64,000 bases of DNA. Source: Alphaproteobacteria bacterium. Its GTDB lineage: Bacteria; Pseudomonadota; Alphaproteobacteria; JAAXGF01. Under the pieces are notes generated by a model, which did not search any database, was not told the origin of the DNA, and saw nothing but the letters and a program-made list of their open reading frames with translations. Location: contig CAUVXB020000001.1 in the NCBI GenBank assembly GCA_963555825.3, positions 512,001 through 576,000 on the forward strand, written 5' to 3'. Both the position numbers and the translations under genes were made by a program. The first letter of the stretch is position 1, and every line of letters starts with the position of its first letter. Shown piece after piece: positions 49,241 to 59,826 of the stretch.

Positions 49241-50690
49241 GGCGATGTCCCTATCTCTGTTGAAATTCGTGGGGCAGGCGTCGCTGGTTGATGATGCTAT
49301 GCTGCCTTCATGATGGTTTCAATGGCACTGTCGGCCTGAGCCTTTCTCAAGTGTTCCTGGAGAGCATTTCGGAGGATGGGCAGCTGACGATAGGCCTTGA
49401 GGCGACGGAAGGTTTTCTGGGCCTCCAGCAGGCCGGCGGCGGTCCATCTGAGCGCCATCTCGGCGTGTCTCCAGCGTTTGACGTTGCGGGTGACCTGGCG
49501 CACCGTGCCGAGCGCGTTCTCGACGATGTTGGTGCAGGCGAGCGAGCGCCGGAGTTCGTGCGGCAGGCCGAGGCGGATGACGGTGAGGATCTCGTCCAGC
49601 CCCTCCAGGATGCTGCCCGAGACGCCCGGTTCCTCATGCTCCAGACGCCGGGCCAGGTTGCGCAGCAGCCGTTCGGCCTTGTCTGCGTCGTCCTGGTCCC
49701 AGGCCTGACGGAGCGCCTTCTTGACGCTTGCATGCAAATGCAGGGGCAGGCGCTCGATGATGTTACGGCCCTTGTGGACCTGGCAGCGCTGGATGGCGGC
49801 GGCCACACCGAAGGTGTTGCGGATCGCTTTGCTGAGCGCCTTCGCGCCATCGACGATGAACAGCCGGGGCAGCGTCGGATCGAGCCCCCTGGCGAGGAGA
49901 TTGTCGAGCAAGGCCTGGACGACGACAGTGTTCTCCGTCGCCCCCTCGACCACGGCCAGGACATGCTTGTCGCCGTTGCCATCGACGCCGATCGCCGCCA
50001 CCAAGACATGGTCGCCGACATGCAGACCGTCGATCTGGATGACCAGCAGGTCGAGCTCCGAGAGGTCCGAGGCGAGCCAGGCCTTCATCTTCTTGCGCGA
50101 CAGCGCCACAAAGCGCCGGGAAACGGCCGACTTCGAGGTGCCGTCGCCACGCGCTTTCGCCAGGTCGCCCTCGGGCAGACGGACCGCGCGGTGGTACTTG
50201 CGGGTCGACACGTTCAGGACCATCAGGTTGAGCGCCCACTCGAGCAACAGGTTGCCGTCGCGCAGCACCTGCCAGCTCTCCAAACCCACCTCCTTGCCAG
50301 CATGGTCGCGAACCCGTGGCCGCTGCACTTTCACGCGGCCGCCGTGGTAGCCGATCTCGCTCTGCGTATGGCCCCAGCGATAACCCCGACGGTTCCCATG
50401 GCGACGATGTCGGGCCCCGCACACGGTCGTGGCGTCCTCCTCCATCATCTCGGCCAAGGCCTCGACCCCGGCCAGGAGACAGAACCGATCCACGCTGAGA
50501 CGGACTGCGTCCATCGCGTCTGCCAGCGGCGGCATAGGAAACGAGGTGGCAAGGGCTTTCGGGCTACTGGAACTACGGATATTCTTTCCCATGGTGTCGT
50601 TCTCCCTCTTGGGTTTGCAGCACCCGGAGCCTAACGGCTCCAGGAGAGCGACACCTACCTCAACTTTTCAACATCGACCGGGACATCTCC
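49241..50690 (-). mobile_element. IS256-family element, no target duplication seen
   Basis: GGCGATGTCCC...TGTTGAAA and TTTCAACA...GGGACATCTCC. Confidence 0.88.
49297..50592 (-). CDS. IS256 transposase
   Basis: IQIDG, IVDGAKAL, QRCQVHK, CTNIVEN. Confidence 0.92.
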   Translation of the reverse strand: MGKNIRSSSSPKALATSFPMPPLADAMDAVRLSVDRFCLLAGVEALAEMMEEDATTVCGARHRRHGNRRGYRWGHTQSEIGYHGGRVKVQRPRVRDHAGKEVGLESWQVLRDGNLLLEWALNLMVLNVSTRKYHRAVRLPEGDLAKARGDGTSKSAVSRRFVALSRKKMKAWLASDLSELDLLVIQIDGLHVGDHVLVAAIGVDGNGDKHVLAVVEGATENTVVVQALLDNLLARGLDPTLPRLFIVDGAKALSKAIRNTFGVAAAIQRCQVHKGRNIIERLPLHLHASVKKALRQAWDQDDADKAERLLRNLARRLEHEEPGVSGSILEGLDEILTVIRLGLPHELRRSLACTNIVENALGTVRQVTRNVKRWRHAEMALRWTAAGLLEAQKTFRRLKAYRQLPILRNALQEHLRKAQADSAIETIMKAA

Positions 50691-50883
50691 GTCGATCGTC
50701 GCAACGATGTGCGGGTTCGCTTCGAGGCGTTCGGGTACCAGCGATTCGAAGACCGTCTGACATGTCGCTTGGTTCATCCCGCATTTCCCAAGTAGCGTCG
50801 ATATTCAGTGCGGCGAGAAGGCGATTCTGCTATAAGAATCATGAAGTTGTAGCATGCATGGAGCGGCGGATATGGCACACCCG

Positions 50884-52220
50884 ATGGGTGAATCGAAACC
50901 GGGGTGCCTTCGGGTCGTTTTTGACCGTTGCTTGAAGCTTGAATTCCACGGTTCCAAGATCACCTCTGATGCCGGGTTGCTCGCCTACCGGGAGCTTGAC
51001 GATGCCCTCGGCCTGACTGAGATGGCGAGGGTGTTTTCCACGACAGCCGTACCGGCAAGAACGGATGGCACGGCATAACGGGGCAGTTCCGTCAGTCCGT
51101 CTTTGGCCGTCTTGGCGGATACGACGACGTGAACGATGCCGATCGTCTGGGTCGTGATCCCGCCATGCGCTGGATTGTCGGCGGCAAGGCCATCGAAAGA
51201 CAGGCCGCTTCCACCAGCCAGATGGGACGCTTCGAGACGGAGCTATTGGCCACCGACGAGAACGTTGAAGCCTTGGCCGACATGAACGGGGTGTGGATCG
51301 ACAAGGTTCATGACCGCCATCCGCCGAATATGATCATTCTCGACATGGATAGCTCCGTCAGCCCGACCCATGGCGATCAGGAGGGCACGGCCTACAACGG
51401 GCACTTCGGGTGTTCCTGCTATCATCCGCTGTTCGTGTTCAACCAGTTCGGCGACTTGGAGAGATGTTCCCTGCGCCCCGGTAATGTTCACAGTGCCGAC
51501 GGATGGCGGAATGTTCTGGAGCCGGTGGTGATGCGCTATAAGGAAAGGAAGGTGCGGCTGTATTTTCGTGGCGATGCCGCCTTCGCCTCACCGGAGATAT
51601 ACGAATATCTCGAAGCCGAGGGATTACTCTACGTCATCCGCCTCAAAGCGAACGCGATTCTCCAGCGGAACATTGCCCATCTGCTTACGCGACCTGTCGG
51701 TCGCCCGCCCGACCATGTTCGCCGTTTCCACGCCAGCTTCAGCTATCAGGCCGGATCGTGGAACAAGAAGCGCCGTGTCGTGGCCAAAGTGGAGTGGCAC
51801 CCCGGCGAGCTGGTTCCTCGCGTCGGTTTCATCGTCACTAATCTGTCGCGCCCTACCAAGCGGGTGGTGGCGTTCTATAATCACCGTGGCACGGCGGAGC
51901 AGCACATCAAGGAAGGCAAGAACGCCATCAACTGGACCCGTCTGTCATGTCGCAAGTTCCGCAACAATGCCGTTCGGCTCCAGCTTCACGCCCTGGCCTA
52001 CAATCTGGGCAACTTCATGAGGACACTGGCTTTGCCGAAGGAGGTGGAGCACTGGTCGATGACGACGTTGCGCGACAAGCTGGTGAAGATCGGGGCCAAG
52101 GTTGTCCGACATGGCCGCTACGTTACGTTCCAACTGGCTGAGGTGGCGGTGCCGAGGGAGCTGTTCCGAAAAATCCTCCGCCTCATCGATGGGCTGCGAC
52201 CGGCCCCTTTGCCGCCATGA
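50884..52220 (+). pseudogene. IS1380 transposase with a 1-bp deletion near 51026
   Basis: ATGGCGAGGG here versus ATGGCCGAGGG in the 62799 copy; motifs [35 protein letters not shown]. Confidence 0.85.
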
Positions 52221-52459
52221 CGGCGTTCCATCCCGTAGCATCCAGGTCGCCCGACAGGACAGGTGTGTGCTGCGCAGGTCGAAGTGTGCCCTCACAGTGC
52301 GAAATGGTCACGGGGCCGGGCTTCTCATCGCCAAATCAGCCCGATCAAGAGCGGACCACAGCCTATCGTGACAGCTCAGGGCCGGATTCGCGGTCGGATG
52401 CCCATTGTGCTACCTGAGTCGGACCCGATTTCCTTGGACACAGAATTGGCTTAATCGAA

Positions 52460-52891
52460 GTGTCCAAGGAGGACCGGAACATGACCGACAATTTTGAGAA
52501 CAAAGTTGCTGTTGATGGGCCTGTGGTAAACGAGGGCGAGCTTGGCTCGTCCACGTTTTCCCCGGGCCAGGTTTCGCCGGCAGGCCCGCTGGGACTTGGC
52601 CAGCGGTGGACGGTGACGCGCAAGCGTGAGGTTGCCCTGCGGCTTTTGCGTGGCGAGCCGGTGGAACTTTTGTCGCGGCAGTTGGGCGTGGAGATTTTCC
52701 GGCTCGAGCAGTGGCGTGAGAAGGCGATCGCCGGGATCGATGCCTCGCTCAAGGAACGCAAGGGCGATCCGGTGAAGGCGGAACTGGACATCGCCATGAA
52801 GCGGATCGGGGAGTTGATCATGCAGGTGGAACTGCTGGAGGCCAAGACGGAGACGTCCGGCCCTTTGGGGCGGCGGAGGTCGCGGCGATGA
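52460..52891 (+). CDS. IS3-like OrfA
   Basis: Identical translation to 16059..16490. Confidence 0.85.
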   Translation: MSKEDRNMTDNFENKVAVDGPVVNEGELGSSTFSPGQVSPAGPLGLGQRWTVTRKREVALRLLRGEPVELLSRQLGVEIFRLEQWREKAIAGIDASLKERKGDPVKAELDIAMKRIGELIMQVELLEAKTETSGPLGRRRSRR

Positions 52892-53799
52892 GTGCCGCCA
52901 CCTCTCCCGGCACGGGTTTGGCCTACGGCCTCCAGCGGGTCTGTGCGGCCTGGGGTTTTGCCCGTTCCTCGTTCTACGCCATGAAATCCCGGCAGCAGGC
53001 CACCGCTGAGCGCCCACCAGCAAAGCGCCGGGGACCGAAGCCCTCGATCTCGGACGAGGCTCTGCTGGTGGCCATCGAGGCCGACCTGGAGGCATCCCCC
53101 TGGGAGGGCGAGGGACACCGCAAGGTCTGGGCTCGGCTTCGGGTCTGTCGTGGCATCCGTGTTTCCCGCAAGCGGGGGCTCCGGGTGATGCGCGAGAACA
53201 ACCTGCTCTCGCCCCATCGCTGCCGCCGCCGTGGCGGAAATCCCCATGTCGGTGAGATCATCACCCATGCCCCCAACCTCATGTGGGGCACGGACGGCGT
53301 TCGGGTGTTCACGGTGGACGACGGCTGGGGCTGGATATTCACCGCCATCGAGCATTGGAACGCCGAGTGCGTCGGCTGGCATGTGTGCAAGCGAGGCGAC
53401 CGCTTCGCCGCCCTTCAGCCGATCTCCATGGGGCTTGCGAGGCTGTATGCCTCGACCTCCGCCGGTGCGGCGCGGGGGCTGGCCTTGCGGATGGATCACG
53501 GCTCCCAGTATCTGTCGGACCACTTCACCAACCAGATCAAGTTCTGGGGCATCCAGCCGTCCTACGCCTTCGTCGAACAGCCCCAGACCAACGGCGTCGC
53601 CGAGAGGTTCAATCGCACGCTCAAGGAACAGATCATCCATGGCCGCATCTACCGCAACATCGCGGAGCTGCGGAACGCCGTCCGCGGGTTCGTCGAACAG
53701 TACAATGCCCAGTGGATCGTGGAGAAGAACGGCTACCTGAGCCCCGCTCAAGCTCGTCAGGCGTGGCACACCGCGATGTCACTCAGGCCCGCCGCATGA
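52888..53799 (+). CDS. IS3-like OrfB
   Basis: Identical translation to 15151..16062. Confidence 0.9.
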   Translation: MSAATSPGTGLAYGLQRVCAAWGFARSSFYAMKSRQQATAERPPAKRRGPKPSISDEALLVAIEADLEASPWEGEGHRKVWARLRVCRGIRVSRKRGLRVMRENNLLSPHRCRRRGGNPHVGEIITHAPNLMWGTDGVRVFTVDDGWGWIFTAIEHWNAECVGWHVCKRGDRFAALQPISMGLARLYASTSAGAARGLALRMDHGSQYLSDHFTNQIKFWGIQPSYAFVEQPQTNGVAERFNRTLKEQIIHGRIYRNIAELRNAVRGFVEQYNAQWIVEKNGYLSPAQARQAWHTAMSLRPAA

Positions 53800-53887
53800 G
53801 ACAAACTTGTGTCCAAGGAACCGGGTGCGATACACCCATTGTGCTACCAATGTCGGCGATTGGGAGGAGCCATCTGGGGAATCCCGG

Positions 53888-54654
53888 ATTAGCGTGGTAC
53901 GCGACGAATTCCACCGTGGCGCCCTCCGTGAATCGTAAAGCGCGAAGTTAGGTGAGGTCTTCATCAAATTTAGCTGCGCATCAAGCCAATCTAAATGTGC
54001 TCTTCGGAATTCAAATGACCGGTTTGGGAAATTTTCTTCGTCAAATAGGCGAATGAACTGGCGGACTTGGACGAGCGCGCGTTTAACTTCCTCCATACCC
54101 TTTTGATAGATTTCTACGGCGGTCATATCGCCTCCTTCCAACCGTTGAGACGCTTTGATCTCCGCGATCGTCGGCGAGAGATTTGCAGATCCAAAATAAT
54201 AGACGATGCGTTGTGAAGGCCGTGATGTTCCGTGTTCAGTTTGAGTTTCCTGAGTCTGCGCTGACGCCTCAACAAGTAGCTCGCCAACAGCCCTCATAAC
54301 ATCTTCGCGGGATCGAAGGACCTCGACGCTTGGTTCTAGGTTTTTCTTCAGTACTTCCCGATGTTTCTCCAATGCGATACGCGTATCTCTAAACAATCGC
54401 CGGGCTTCGCGGTTATAGACTTCACCATAGGTAAATGCTCCGATATAGATTGCAATTGCAGTAATGGACCACCAGTACGTTGAGATATCGGCGCTTTCAA
54501 AACCTAAATACAAAAACCCTACTAAGGCAATTACTGCAATTGCGACCGGCACAAAAAATGTCGCGATGACTCTCGCCGCTATCCATCTGATCGCAAGTGA
54601 ATGTCTCTTGCGCCAGCGACGCTTGTCCATTTCTGTCGTCAGTCGATCATCCAC
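53888..54654 (-). pseudogene. low-GC hypothetical protein with 2 N-terminal TM helices, 3'-truncated by IS1380
   Basis: GGGGGA RBS + GTG; about 255 open codons in AT-rich DNA running into the IS end. Confidence 0.7.
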
Positions 54655-55009
54655 TGCCGTTCCCCCGTATTTGTTCAGATTTAGCCGTACCCAATTTTAC
54701 GAAAAGATTGTGGTTAAGGGTCATATTTCACGGCATAATAGACGGGTTTTACGCGAGAAAGCAAGGCCAACCGACAATGGCTGATGATGTGTTTGGAGAG
54801 CTTGAAAATGTAAAACGGAACTGACGATGGTCGCCGCGAGAACAGCCCGGAGGCGATCGCCGGCGGCCTTGTCGTCTGGATCAGCCCGAAGGGGCATTCC
54901 TTGGCCGCGGATGCGGCGCGCGTCGTTACTTGCGTAGCCATGGGTTCTATTTAGGCAATTAGGCGCGAACTATGCCCACGAACTATGCCAGTGCTGATGT
55001 CGACCCGAT

Positions 55010-55597
55010 ATATCCCAAGTAACTCGATTTCCATGGTGATGTTACCCAAATGCGGCCGTCGTTGGAAACGTTTTGCGCCTCAACCTTCCGGATAGCTCGA
55101 TGTTCGTCGGTTGGCAGTGTCCAGAAGCCCATTCGGCCAATTTTGTCGTCATCCGGACGCACCTCTCCCGTCGTTTCTACCTCGCCGTGGATTTCCTCGG
55201 CCTACGCCGGAGCGGGTCTTGGTCGCAGATCATTAATCAGGCCCAGCATTTTCCGGAATAGTTCTCTCGATACTGCCACATCGGCGAGTTGGAACGTGAT
55301 ACACCGACCGCGCCGGACCACCTTCGCGCCGATCCTGACCAGCCTTGATCGGCTTTGCCGTTCAAGCCTGTAACGTGGTCAGAGACCAGCGTGCCACCTC
55401 CTTGGGCAAGGTCAGCGTCCGCTTGAAGTTGGCGAGATTGTAGGCCGGGTTATGAAGCTAGAGCCGGACGGCGTTGTCGCGGAACTTGCGGCACGACAGC
55501 CGGGTCCATTTGATGGCGTTCTTGGTTCATCGCTCTTCGCGCTTCACCCTTGATGAGCTGCTCCGCCGCGCCGCGCCGATTGTAGAAGGCGACAACA
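55010..55597 (-). mobile_element. degraded IS1380-family remnant
   Basis: Reverse strand gives VVAFYNRRGAAEQLIK, NAIKWTRLSCRKFRDNAVRL, similar to 51868-52200. Boundaries are approximate. Confidence 0.75.
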
Positions 55598-55709
55598 AAC
55601 GGTCCGTCCTGCACCGTGCGCAGGACGATTTCAAGGCCAAGAACTTCATCGGCAAGCCGGCCGCCGTGCCCGAGTCGAAATGGCGCGAGGCCGCCGTCTA
55701 AGCAGTCCG

Positions 55710-56567
55710 TCAGTCGGCCAGGCGCTCGGCGATGGCGACGATGCGGTACATGGCGCGCAGCACCGGCTTCTCGATCAGCTTGCCGTCGACAACGACCAGC
55801 CCGCTGTCGGCCGTCTCGAAGGCCTCGATCACCTTGCGGGCCTGCGCGATCGCCGCGGTGCTCGGCGTGAAGACCGCGTTGAGCAAGGGGATCTGCTTGG
55901 GGTGGATGGCGGCCTTGCCGGTCATACCCAGCTTGGCGGCGGCCCTGGCCGCGGCCTCGAAGCCGGCCGTGTCGTCGAGATCGAGATAGGGCACGTCGAT
56001 CAGGTCGAGGCTCGCCATCGCGGCGGCGTGGACGACGCGCGAGCGGGCATAGAGCAGCGCGTCCCAGGTCGGCTCGACGCGCAGCGCGGCCGACAGGTCG
56101 ATGGCGCCGAACAGCAGTGAATCGATTCGCCGGCTGGCGACCGCGATCTCGTGACAGTTCTCGAGCCCCTCGTTGGTCTCGATGATGACGTGAAACCGGA
56201 TCTTCGCGTGCGGCCCGTCGAGCAGCTCGTCGAGCGCCTTGATGTCGTTCGCCGAGATGATCTTGGGCAGCATCAGGGCGGGCGGCGGGGTTGCGCTGGC
56301 GAGGATGGCATGGAGGTCAGCGATGCCGTCGCGCGTGCGCAGGCCGTTGACGCGCACCAGGCGCTCGACGCCGTCGTCGGCCTGGCGCTCGGCGAACAGC
56401 GCGAGCGTCTTGTCGCGCGCTTCGTCCTTGTGCTCGGGCGCGATGGCGTCCTCGAGGTCGACGCATACCATGTCGGCGCCGCTGACTAGCGCCTTGGGGA
56501 ACATGTCCGGGCGCGTGCCCGGCGCGAAGATCAGGCTGCGACGCGGCTGATACGCTCGCTCGCTCAT
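55710..56567 (-). CDS. CitE/HpcH family CoA-ester lyase (malyl-CoA lyase/thioesterase-like)
   Basis: RRSLIFAPG, DLEDAI, IIET, GAIDL, GKAAIHPKQI, VDGKLIEKP. Confidence 0.9.
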   Translation of the reverse strand: MSERAYQPRRSLIFAPGTRPDMFPKALVSGADMVCVDLEDAIAPEHKDEARDKTLALFAERQADDGVERLVRVNGLRTRDGIADLHAILASATPPPALMLPKIISANDIKALDELLDGPHAKIRFHVIIETNEGLENCHEIAVASRRIDSLLFGAIDLSAALRVEPTWDALLYARSRVVHAAAMASLDLIDVPYLDLDDTAGFEAAARAAAKLGMTGKAAIHPKQIPLLNAVFTPSTAAIAQARKVIEAFETADSGLVVVDGKLIEKPVLRAMYRIVAIAERLAD

Positions 56568-57556
56568 GCCGCGCGCGCCGTGGTGACGCGCGCCGGGGCG
56601 CCGTCTGCGTAGGCAACTTCGACTTCGCCGGGCGTGCATGCGGCGAAGCTCTGGCGCATCTCGTGGCCGGGCCAGCGGAAGGTCACCTCGCCGCGCGCGG
56701 GCCGGTAAACCGCGGTGTAAACCGTCGCGAAATCGCCCGACAGCGGCTTGTAGACGGGCGCCTCGAAGAAGGCGTCGCCCAGGTCGGGCCGGCCGAGACG
56801 GTCTCGCAGGTACGTAAGACGCTCGACCGAGCGCGAACCGGCGGCGTGCTCGGGCCACTCGACCCGCTCGGGGTGGTTGGTGGTGACCGGGGTCTGCCAG
56901 ATGCGCGTCGGGCGGTCGGGCGCCATCAACGCGGTGAAGTGGTTGCCCGAACGGTCGAGCACGACGATGTTCTGCTGCAAGTGCGTGCGCAGGCGCAGCA
57001 ACACGGCCTTGGCCTCGGCCGCCGTGCGGCAGGTCTCGAGGATGTAGCGCGTGACCAGGATGACGCCGATCCCCTTGCCGCAGACCGGACGGCCGCCGAA
57101 GGTCAGGCAGCACGCGAGGCCATCCTCGTTCATGCCGTCCAACAACCCCCAGGCACCTTCGTTGAGGCCGATGACGGCGCGGCCCGACCAGTTGCTCCTG
57201 AGAATGATGCTGCCGGTAAATGACAGGTCGAAGTCGTAGTTGCGTGTCAGCACCGGCTCGCCATCGGTCGTGACCGCGACCGAGCAACCCGAGAAGACGT
57301 TGGGCGGCGACCACATGCTGAGCATGCGGTGGGCGAGCGTGTCGTCGCCCGCCAGGCGGCAGAGGTGCCGCCACATCGGCTTGAGCTCGGGCATATGGCG
57401 GTCGAACGCGCGCGCGCATGCCGCGAGGCTCGGGCGCGCCGCATCGCCGTCCTTCAGGTACCAGCCGCGCACCCCCGGCCACGAAGCCTGGAAACGTTCG
57501 CACCAGGCGTCGCCCGGCCGGTCTTCGGCGATGGCGCGGAAAATCTTCGTCGTCAT
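56564..57556 (-). CDS. C45 family (AAT-like) Ntn hydrolase
   Basis: HMPEL, SG|CS autocleavage site, RNYDF, WGLLDGMNEDGL, TNH. Confidence 0.85.
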   Translation of the reverse strand: MTTKIFRAIAEDRPGDAWCERFQASWPGVRGWYLKDGDAARPSLAACARAFDRHMPELKPMWRHLCRLAGDDTLAHRMLSMWSPPNVFSGCSVAVTTDGEPVLTRNYDFDLSFTGSIILRSNWSGRAVIGLNEGAWGLLDGMNEDGLACCLTFGGRPVCGKGIGVILVTRYILETCRTAAEAKAVLLRLRTHLQQNIVVLDRSGNHFTALMAPDRPTRIWQTPVTTNHPERVEWPEHAAGSRSVERLTYLRDRLGRPDLGDAFFEAPVYKPLSGDFATVYTAVYRPARGEVTFRWPGHEMRQSFAACTPGEVEVAYADGAPARVTTARAA

Positions 57557-57625
57557 ATCAACCAAACTCCAACGGTGGTGCGCGCGAGTCTGGCGAATTT
57601 GCACGGCCGATGCAACGCTTGGGCG

Positions 57626-58117
57626 TCAGCCGTGCCGGTACGGCGCGCGGTCGAGCGGCGAAAGTTTCTGTTCGTCGATCAGCACCGGCGCGGCACGCAG
57701 TTCCTGCGTGAAGCCCGAGGCGCCGAAGGCGATCACGCCGCCCTTGGGCCAGTTGGTCTCGATGCGCCAGCGCCAATAGGGCCGGTCGAGACATATCTTC
57801 TGGTCGGCCACCGCCGCGCGCGCGATGCCGTCGATCGAGGCCTCGTGGATCGCCGTCCGGTAGCCGCTGTCGCCCCAGTCGATGTCGATGCCAAGATCGG
57901 TCACGTCATGGAAGGCGAGCGTGGCCGGCGCGACCCGAAACTGGACACGGCGGTCGACGCCACACTCCCACTCGACGATATGGTCGATGTCGAGCACCAG
58001 GTCGCTGCGCCAGTCGTCGCGCGCGGGATCGCCGAGCGACAGATGCAGGCCATAGATATGGTTGTCGTGCCACGACAGCCGCTCGAAGTCGGCCTCGGTG
58101 ATGGTCGGCGCGGCCAT
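57626..58117 (-). CDS. conserved-looking hypothetical protein
   Basis: High-GC codon pattern; SWHDNHIYG, LDIDHIVEW, F.VAPATL.F, ASGFTQ. It appears fused to the upstream ORF only through a frameshift. Confidence 0.75.
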   Translation of the reverse strand: MAAPTITEADFERLSWHDNHIYGLHLSLGDPARDDWRSDLVLDIDHIVEWECGVDRRVQFRVAPATLAFHDVTDLGIDIDWGDSGYRTAIHEASIDGIARAAVADQKICLDRPYWRWRIETNWPKGGVIAFGASGFTQELRAAPVLIDEQKLSPLDRAPYRHG

Positions 58118-58148
58118 GGCGACCGGCGGCCCTAGGTTCCGCCACCGC

Positions 58149-59395
58149 TCATCGGTTGGCGCGGGCGGCGACGCTGTGCAACAGGACGTTGACGCTCGGG
58201 AAGGTGTAGCCGGGCTCGATGTTCTCCGCCTCGTTGTGCGAGATGCCGTCCTCACAGGGCGAGAAGAGCAGCGCCGTCGGCACGATCTTGGCCATGTTGT
58301 AGGCATCGTGGCCGGCCTGGCTGAACATCTCGATATAGCCGAGCCGAGGTCGTCGGCCGCCTGCTTGATCAGGCCGATGCAGTCGGCGTCGAAGACCTCG
58401 TTGCCGAACGCCCAGCGCTCGACCACCTCGACCTCGACCCGGGCGCGCTCGCCGATATCGGCCATCGCGGCTTCGACCTCGGCAGCCATCGCCTCGGTCT
58501 TCGCCTTGTCCGGCGTGCGGAAGTCGATCGTCACCTGGGCGTAATCGGGCAGGATGCCGAGCTGGTTGGGCCAGCAATCGATGCGGCTCGCGGTCGCCTT
58601 GCCGTCGATGTCGGCGTATTTCCAACCGACCTCGTTGACCTTGACGATGAGCATGGCGGCGCCGACCAGCGCGTTGCGCCGGCGCGCCATCGCGGTCGGC
58701 CCGGAATGCGCAGTCTCGCCGTGGAAGTCGACGTTCATGCCGATCACCTGATAGGCGCCGGTGACGATGCCGAGCGGCAGGTTCTTGGCCTCCAGCTCGG
58801 GGCCTTGCTCGATATGCAGCTCGAAATAGCTGTCGATGTCGCGCCCACCCATCGGCGTCGTGCCGGCGTAGCCGATGCGGGTCAGCTCCTCGCCATAGAC
58901 GTAGCCGTCGTCGTCGGTACGTGCCAGCGCCCAGTCGAGCTCCCGGACGCCGGCGAAGACGGCCGAGGCGATCATCGGCGGGCGGAAGCGCGCGCCTTCC
59001 TCGTTGGTCCAGTTGACTACCTCGATGGGCCGCTTGGTGGCGATGCCGTGGTCGTTGAGCGTGCGCACGACCTCGAGGCCGCCGAGCACGCCGAGGATGC
59101 CGTCGTAGCGGCCGCCGGCGACCTGGGTGTCGAGGTGGCTGCCGATCATCACCGGCGGCAGCGTGTCGTCGCTGCCCGCCCGGCGCGCGAAGATGTTGCC
59201 CATGCCGTCGACGGAGATCGCGCAACCGGCCGCCTCGCACCAAGCGACGAACAGGTCGCGCATCTCCTTGTCGGCGTCGTCGAGCGCGAGTCGTCTCAGG
59301 CCACCGGCCCGGCCCGGCCCGATCTTGGCCGAATCCATGAGTGTCCGCCACAGCCGGTCGCCGTCTATCCTTATATTGCCGAGCGATGATTCCAT
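58149..59395 (-). pseudogene. M20 Zn-dependent hydrolase (allantoate amidohydrolase/beta-ureidopropionase-like), frameshift near 58343
   Basis: GSHLDTQ..GGRYDG, WTNEEGARF, ELHIEQGP; C-terminal SQAGHDA and GISHNEAE lie in another frame. Confidence 0.85.
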
Positions 59396-59826
59396 GCCGA
59401 TTTATCCTTTTACGGCAGGGGCGAGCGTGCCGAGCCGCGCGCGCAGCGACGCCAGATAGATGACGAAGAAGTAGAAAATGAACAGCTCGTGGGTCTCGCT
59501 GACGCGCATGACGATGACCGAGACGGGCAGGAGTCCGATGTCGGAGAGGCGCTCGGGAAGGGTCGAGATCTCGGCGATCAGGGCGGTGGCGAGGCCCACC
59601 GCCGTTGGCATCAGCCACCAGGGCTTCGCGATCAGGCCGCGGCCGGTGTACCGCTGCATCAGGGGATGGACGATGCCGCCCGCGATCATGCTCAGTTCCA
59701 AGAGAAGGCGAGGCTTCTCGTTGAACCAACTGCTCACATTGTGGAGGTTGGTTTCCTGCTGCTTGTTGACGTCGGCCAGCCATTCGGGCGTCTGCCACCC
59801 CATGAAGTGCTGGCCATAGCTGGACT

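Larger units (their letters stand above)
52415..53834 (+). mobile_element. IS3-like element copy B (1420 bp) with 14-bp target duplication
   Basis: Same ends and identical ORF translations as copy A; CCCATTGTGCTACC at 52401-52414 and 53835-53848. Confidence 0.92.
50778..53887 (+). mobile_element. IS1380-family element with IS3-like copy B nested near its right end
   Basis: Left end CCCGCATTTCCCA (same at 62799); right end TGGGGAATCCCGG. Confidence 0.82.

Noticed and set aside
55598-55701. Short ORF tail KRSVLHRAQDDF...EAAV as a gene
   Set aside because: Possibly the 3' stub of a deleted gene fused to an IS1380 remnant, but too short to assign.
58335-58350. Programmed frameshift in the M20 hydrolase (and in the ISKra4-like gene at ~60631)
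   Set aside because: No slippery heptamer; a single-base indel or sequencing error explains each.
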